A DNA stretch of 64,000 bases, taken from Mobula birostris. Lineage: Eukaryota. The position numbers and the translations under genes are program-made. Positions 59,840-64,000 of this stretch are shown one piece after another. Location: NCBI RefSeq assembly GCF_030028105.1, contig NC_092381.1:81184505-81248504 (forward strand), in the 5' to 3' direction. Every line of letters starts with the position of its first letter. Positions within the stretch are counted from its first letter, which is position 1. The notes beneath the pieces were generated by a model. It did not search any database, was not told the DNA's origin, and saw only the letters and a program-made list of their open reading frames with translations.

Positions 59840-60243
59840 GTTGTTCGTTCGTTCTGTATATGCCATGTCTACAATGTGGGCGATCACAGACGTTCTACGA
59901 CCATGATTGTTCTTGACAAATGTTTCTACAGAAGAGGTTTGCCATTGCCTTCTTCTGGGCAGTGTCTTCACAAGACAGGTAACCCTAGCCATCATCAATA
60001 CTCTTCAGAGATTGTCTGCCTGGCATCAGCGGTCGCATGACCAGGACTTGTGATATGCTCCGGCTGCTCGTAAGAGCATCCAGCACCTGCTCCCATGGCT
60101 TCACATGACCCTGATCTGGGGTTAGCGGGGTGTGGCTAAGCCAGTAATACACCTCGCCCAAGGGTGTCCTGCAGGCTAGCAGAGAGAAGGAGCGCCTTAC
60201 ACCTCCTTTGGTAGAGATATACAGTATCTTCACCCTACCACCA
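59840..60243 (-). mobile_element. RTE-related non-autonomous retroposon/SINE, copy 3
   Basis: Reverse-complement match to 447-845, with a (GAAC)n-like tail. Confidence 0.75.
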
Positions 60244-60879
60244 TGGAAGTTGTACTGACTGAATCGTAAAGGAAAGACTCAGCACCTTTTGTATTTCTAT
60301 CCAGTAGACCCTGTTGGAAATACCAATAAGAGAATACAAAGTCGGTAGTAATAAAATGTGAAAAGTGTTGTAGAGACCATGAGTTCCATTACTCCAACAT
60401 ACAAACGTTTGTAGATTGACTAATGGAGACACAGTCATTCAATGACTGAGTAGCAGAACCATAGTTAGAATGGCAGAGGTAACTGTCATTGCCTATAATT
60501 TCTTTAGTTTATTAGAAAAGAGGCGATCTCATTGAAAGACTTAAATTGTCATTTGACTTGACAGCGCACATAGAGAGCTGATGCTTCCCTTAATGTTTAC
60601 AACCAGGCATCACTAACTCAAAGTAATAAGTTATCATCATGGAGTGAGATAAGAAGATTTAATTTTCATTAGTAAATCAATGGGAAATTTCCACCTAAGA
60701 GACTTAGTCACCTGAGTATGTTCAAGGCAGATTGATATATTTTTAAATATTAGGGAATAAAGAGGTAGTACAGGAAAGTGCCTTATGATAAAAGATCAGC
60801 CAGGAACATAGTGAGTAGCAGAGGGGCGGGATGGCCAACTGTAGATTACAGATCAGAGCTCCCACGTCCTTACTGCTAT

Positions 60880-61520
60880 GCGTCAAACAGAATGCATACA
60901 ATACTCCCGATGCAGCCTGACCAAAGTTTTATACAGCTGCAACATGACTTACTAGTTTTTATACTCGATGCCCTGGCCAATGAAGACAAGAATGCAGGAT
61001 GCCTTCTTTAACCCCCTACCAAGAGCACCTCAACATCTTTTTGTACTTCCGTGCACTTAGGCACTTTGGGACCAGACCATTTACTGTATTCTCTCCCCCT
61101 TCCTTTGTGCAACTTGTCCAGATTAAACTTCATTTTTGTTTATCCACCTGCATTTCCAACCAGTCTTTAGCAACCAGCATCCTTTGATGATCTTCTTCAT
61201 TGCACACAGCTCTGCCAATTTTTGTGTCATCTGCAAATTTGCTTATCAGCCTACCACACTTTTGTCCAAATCATTAACACACATCACAAACAAGTCCCAA
61301 CACACAGCCCTGTGAACCATCACTGGTCACAGACCTCCAGTCAGAAGAACACCCTTCCACCATTGTCCTCTGCCTTCGATTGCCTCGATAATTTTGAATC
61401 CAATCTACCAAATCTCCTTGGATCAATTTACTTTAATATTCTAGATCTGCCCACTATGAGAGAGCTTGTTAAATGCTTTACTGAAGTTCATCTGTTCAAT
61501 GTCCACTGCCCTGCCCTTAG
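60880..61520 (-). mobile_element. CR1 RT fragment (decayed)
   Basis: aatttttgtgtcatctgcaaattt reads KFADDTK on the minus strand. Confidence 0.75.
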
Positions 61521-62655
61521 TTCAAGTTCAAGTTTATTGCCATGCAATCATACACATATATACCGTCAAGCACTCCTCCAAAAGTACACAACACAGTACA
61601 TATAACTCATACACATAATACATACAATGATACGAGACAACAGGGTGATCCGTTGGGGCACCCATTGAGAGAAGGGTAGTGCAGTCCGATGTGACCAGAA
61701 TGAACATTAAATTTTGCTGAATGCTATTGGTATCACTTTGCTTTGGAAACTGAAGTAGAAAACCTCAGTTTATTAAAGAAGAACGATGTGTAGCAAAGCA
61801 AATTTGTTTAACGAAGGACACTTTTGATGGCATCATTTCTGGTTTATCTTCCACCCTTGTGCCTCTCGTTGCCCTTTCAGCCCCGTCTCTTCATCTCTTC
61901 TGCTGTTTGTTCTTTGTGTCTGATCCTGGAGATGTGCATTTCTCAGCTCCTTTGTCTCTTCCTCTCTCCTCCTTCTGTGCCTGTTTTTGTCATTCTGGAG
62001 ACATGCAGCCCTTTCATCCCCCTGTCTCTTCATCTCTTCTGCTGTTTGTTGTTTGTCAATGCTACTGGCGTTCCATGGGTGATGAGACCTGGGTGGTGGC
62101 AGGGAATTCAGTAGTGTTATGGCCTGGGGAAAGAAACTGTTTCCCATCCTATCAGATCCTGTGCTAATGCTGCAGTTCCTCCTGCCTGATATTAGGGGTC
62201 ATAGAGATTGTTGGATGAATGAGAGGAATCATTGACAATGCTAATGGGCCTGCATATGCAGCACTCCTGATATCTTTGATAGGTGGAAGAGACACTCTGA
62301 TGACCCTCCCAGCAGTCCCCGCAATTGTTTGTAGGGACTTGCAGTCAGATGTCTAAATTCCCGTGCCAGGCGGTGACGCGGCTGGTCGGGACGCTCTCAA
62401 CAGTGCTCCTGTAAAAGTCCGTTAGAATGTGGGTAGGGGGAGAGCCTCACTCACCTCAATCTCGTCAGGAAGTGGAGATGCTGCTGTGTTTTCTTGGTTA
62501 AAATGGTTATGTTGAGGGGCCAGGTAAGATCATTTGTTATGTCAACTCCCAGAAACTTGGTATTTCTAACTCTCTCCACTGATGAGCTTTGTGTATAGTG
62601 AGGAGTGGTCAGCCTGCCCTTTCCTAAAGTCCATACTCATCTCTTTGGTCTTCAG
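61518..62655 (-). mobile_element. Rex1/Babar-like LINE 3' part with a Helitron-like insert (~61633-62060)
   Basis: NSFFPQAITLLN remnant and a (ttgaac)n tail. The insert encodes charged repeats and ends in a hairpin plus gtctcg. Confidence 0.6.
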
Positions 62656-62824
62656 CAATAAACTTTGTTTCCTCCTCAAAAACACAGACAAGACCTTCCC
62701 CACACAACTGTGTCTAGTACATAGAACATACTAACACTATAACTGTAGAGACACAATAATACAAAGAATGTATACACCGGACGACATTATGAATGTAAAG
62801 AAAGCCACATACTGTTTTTGTAGA

Positions 62825-63364
62825 CATTCAGAGGCCACTTTATTAATTACCTCCTGTACCTAATAAAATGGTCACTGCATCTACGTACATGGTCTACTGC
62901 TGCCGTAGCCCATCCGCTTAGAAGTTAAACATGTTGTGCATTCAGAGATGCTGTTCTGCACACCACAGCTGTAATGAAGGGTTATTTGATTTCTGTCAGT
63001 TTGAACCAGTGTGGCCATTCTCTTCTGACCTCTCTCATTAACAAGGCATTTTCACCCACAGAACTGCCACTCACTGAATGTTATTTTTTTGTTTTTCACA
63101 CCATTCTCCGTAAACTCTAGAGACTGCTGTGTGGGAAAATCCCAGGAGATCAGCGGTTTCTGAGGTACTCATACCACCCCATCTGGCACCAATAATTATT
63201 CCACGGTCAAAGTTACTTAGATCACATTTCTTTCCATTCTGATACTTGGTCTAAACAGCAACTAAACCTTTTGACCTTTTTGGCATTCCTTGATTGCTGC
63301 CACATGATTGGCCGATTAGATATTTGCATTAATGAGATGTACCTAATAAAGTGGCCACTGGGAG
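62825..63364. mobile_element. Tc1-type MITE
   Basis: TIRs cattcagaggccactttatta / taataaagtggccactgggag|TA, plus an extra internal TIR copy at ~62853-62878. Confidence 0.8.
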
Positions 63365-64000
63365 TATACATGATTAAGGTTTACTTTTGTAATTAAAAAG
63401 AAAGCCCCTGCACATAGGTCAGTGTTAGTTCATCAGACCCCAAAACTAATTCTTTTAGGTAACCAACCCAAATAAGTTTTCTCCTTTTGAATTCTTTTCC
63501 TACCACTTTCAGTGCCCAAGTCCTCTTTGCCAATGAGTGCTGTAGCACTTTTAAACAAGTCCTTTTAATCAGTTTGAAATGCCTGCACAGAGAGGACCCT
63601 ACAACCATCATTAGCAATGAATTGGGAAAGTCTGTCTCATGCAGCTAAAGTGTAACCTTTAAATGAAAGTCAATTTACGTCCTTCATTGCTACGGATCAA
63701 TGCACAGACATTTGGGAAATCTCAACTTCTCAGCACATTTTTGCCCTTTAAGCCTGTTCTGTTTATGGTGCGAATGTTTCTAGGAGGCACTTGAAAGAGT
63801 TTGATTTAAGTAAAAACTTTTACATGGACAAGTCACACAGATTATTTACTCCAAAGATTTAGAACTCCTTCGTTATTATTATTGACGATTTTTCAATTCT
63901 GCACAAATTACCCATAACCTTATAGAGAAACATCTGTTATACTGTGGTTTGCTAGTTAATTGTTTATATGTCCTCATCTGGCCTCAAGCTTGGCTCATCA

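Overview
Eukaryotic, repeat-dense vertebrate DNA. The repeat set (HER1-like CR1 LINEs, HE1-like V-SINEs, Rex1/Babar-like LINEs, Penelope elements) points to a cartilaginous fish, probably a ray (inference). The only host coding sequence I can support is two short minus-strand exons of NOS1AP/CAPON encoding part of the PTB domain (58045-58137 and 38824-38882). The rest is intron filled with mostly decayed, often nested transposons, so nearly all long ORFs in the track are LINE relics or noise. Most notable: (1) small fold-back Penelope-derived insertions with 12-14 bp TSDs that carry a minimal hammerhead ribozyme motif; (2) two diverged non-repeat-like ~200-nt segments sharing exact blocks that form a stem; (3) composite Tc1/mariner units made of two inverted palindromic mini-MITEs around different cargo; (4) a Tigger4/MER46-like element; (5) an in-frame LINE-in-LINE chimeric RT ORF. 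TE family names come from recognised motifs, not database searches, and most TE boundaries are approximate.
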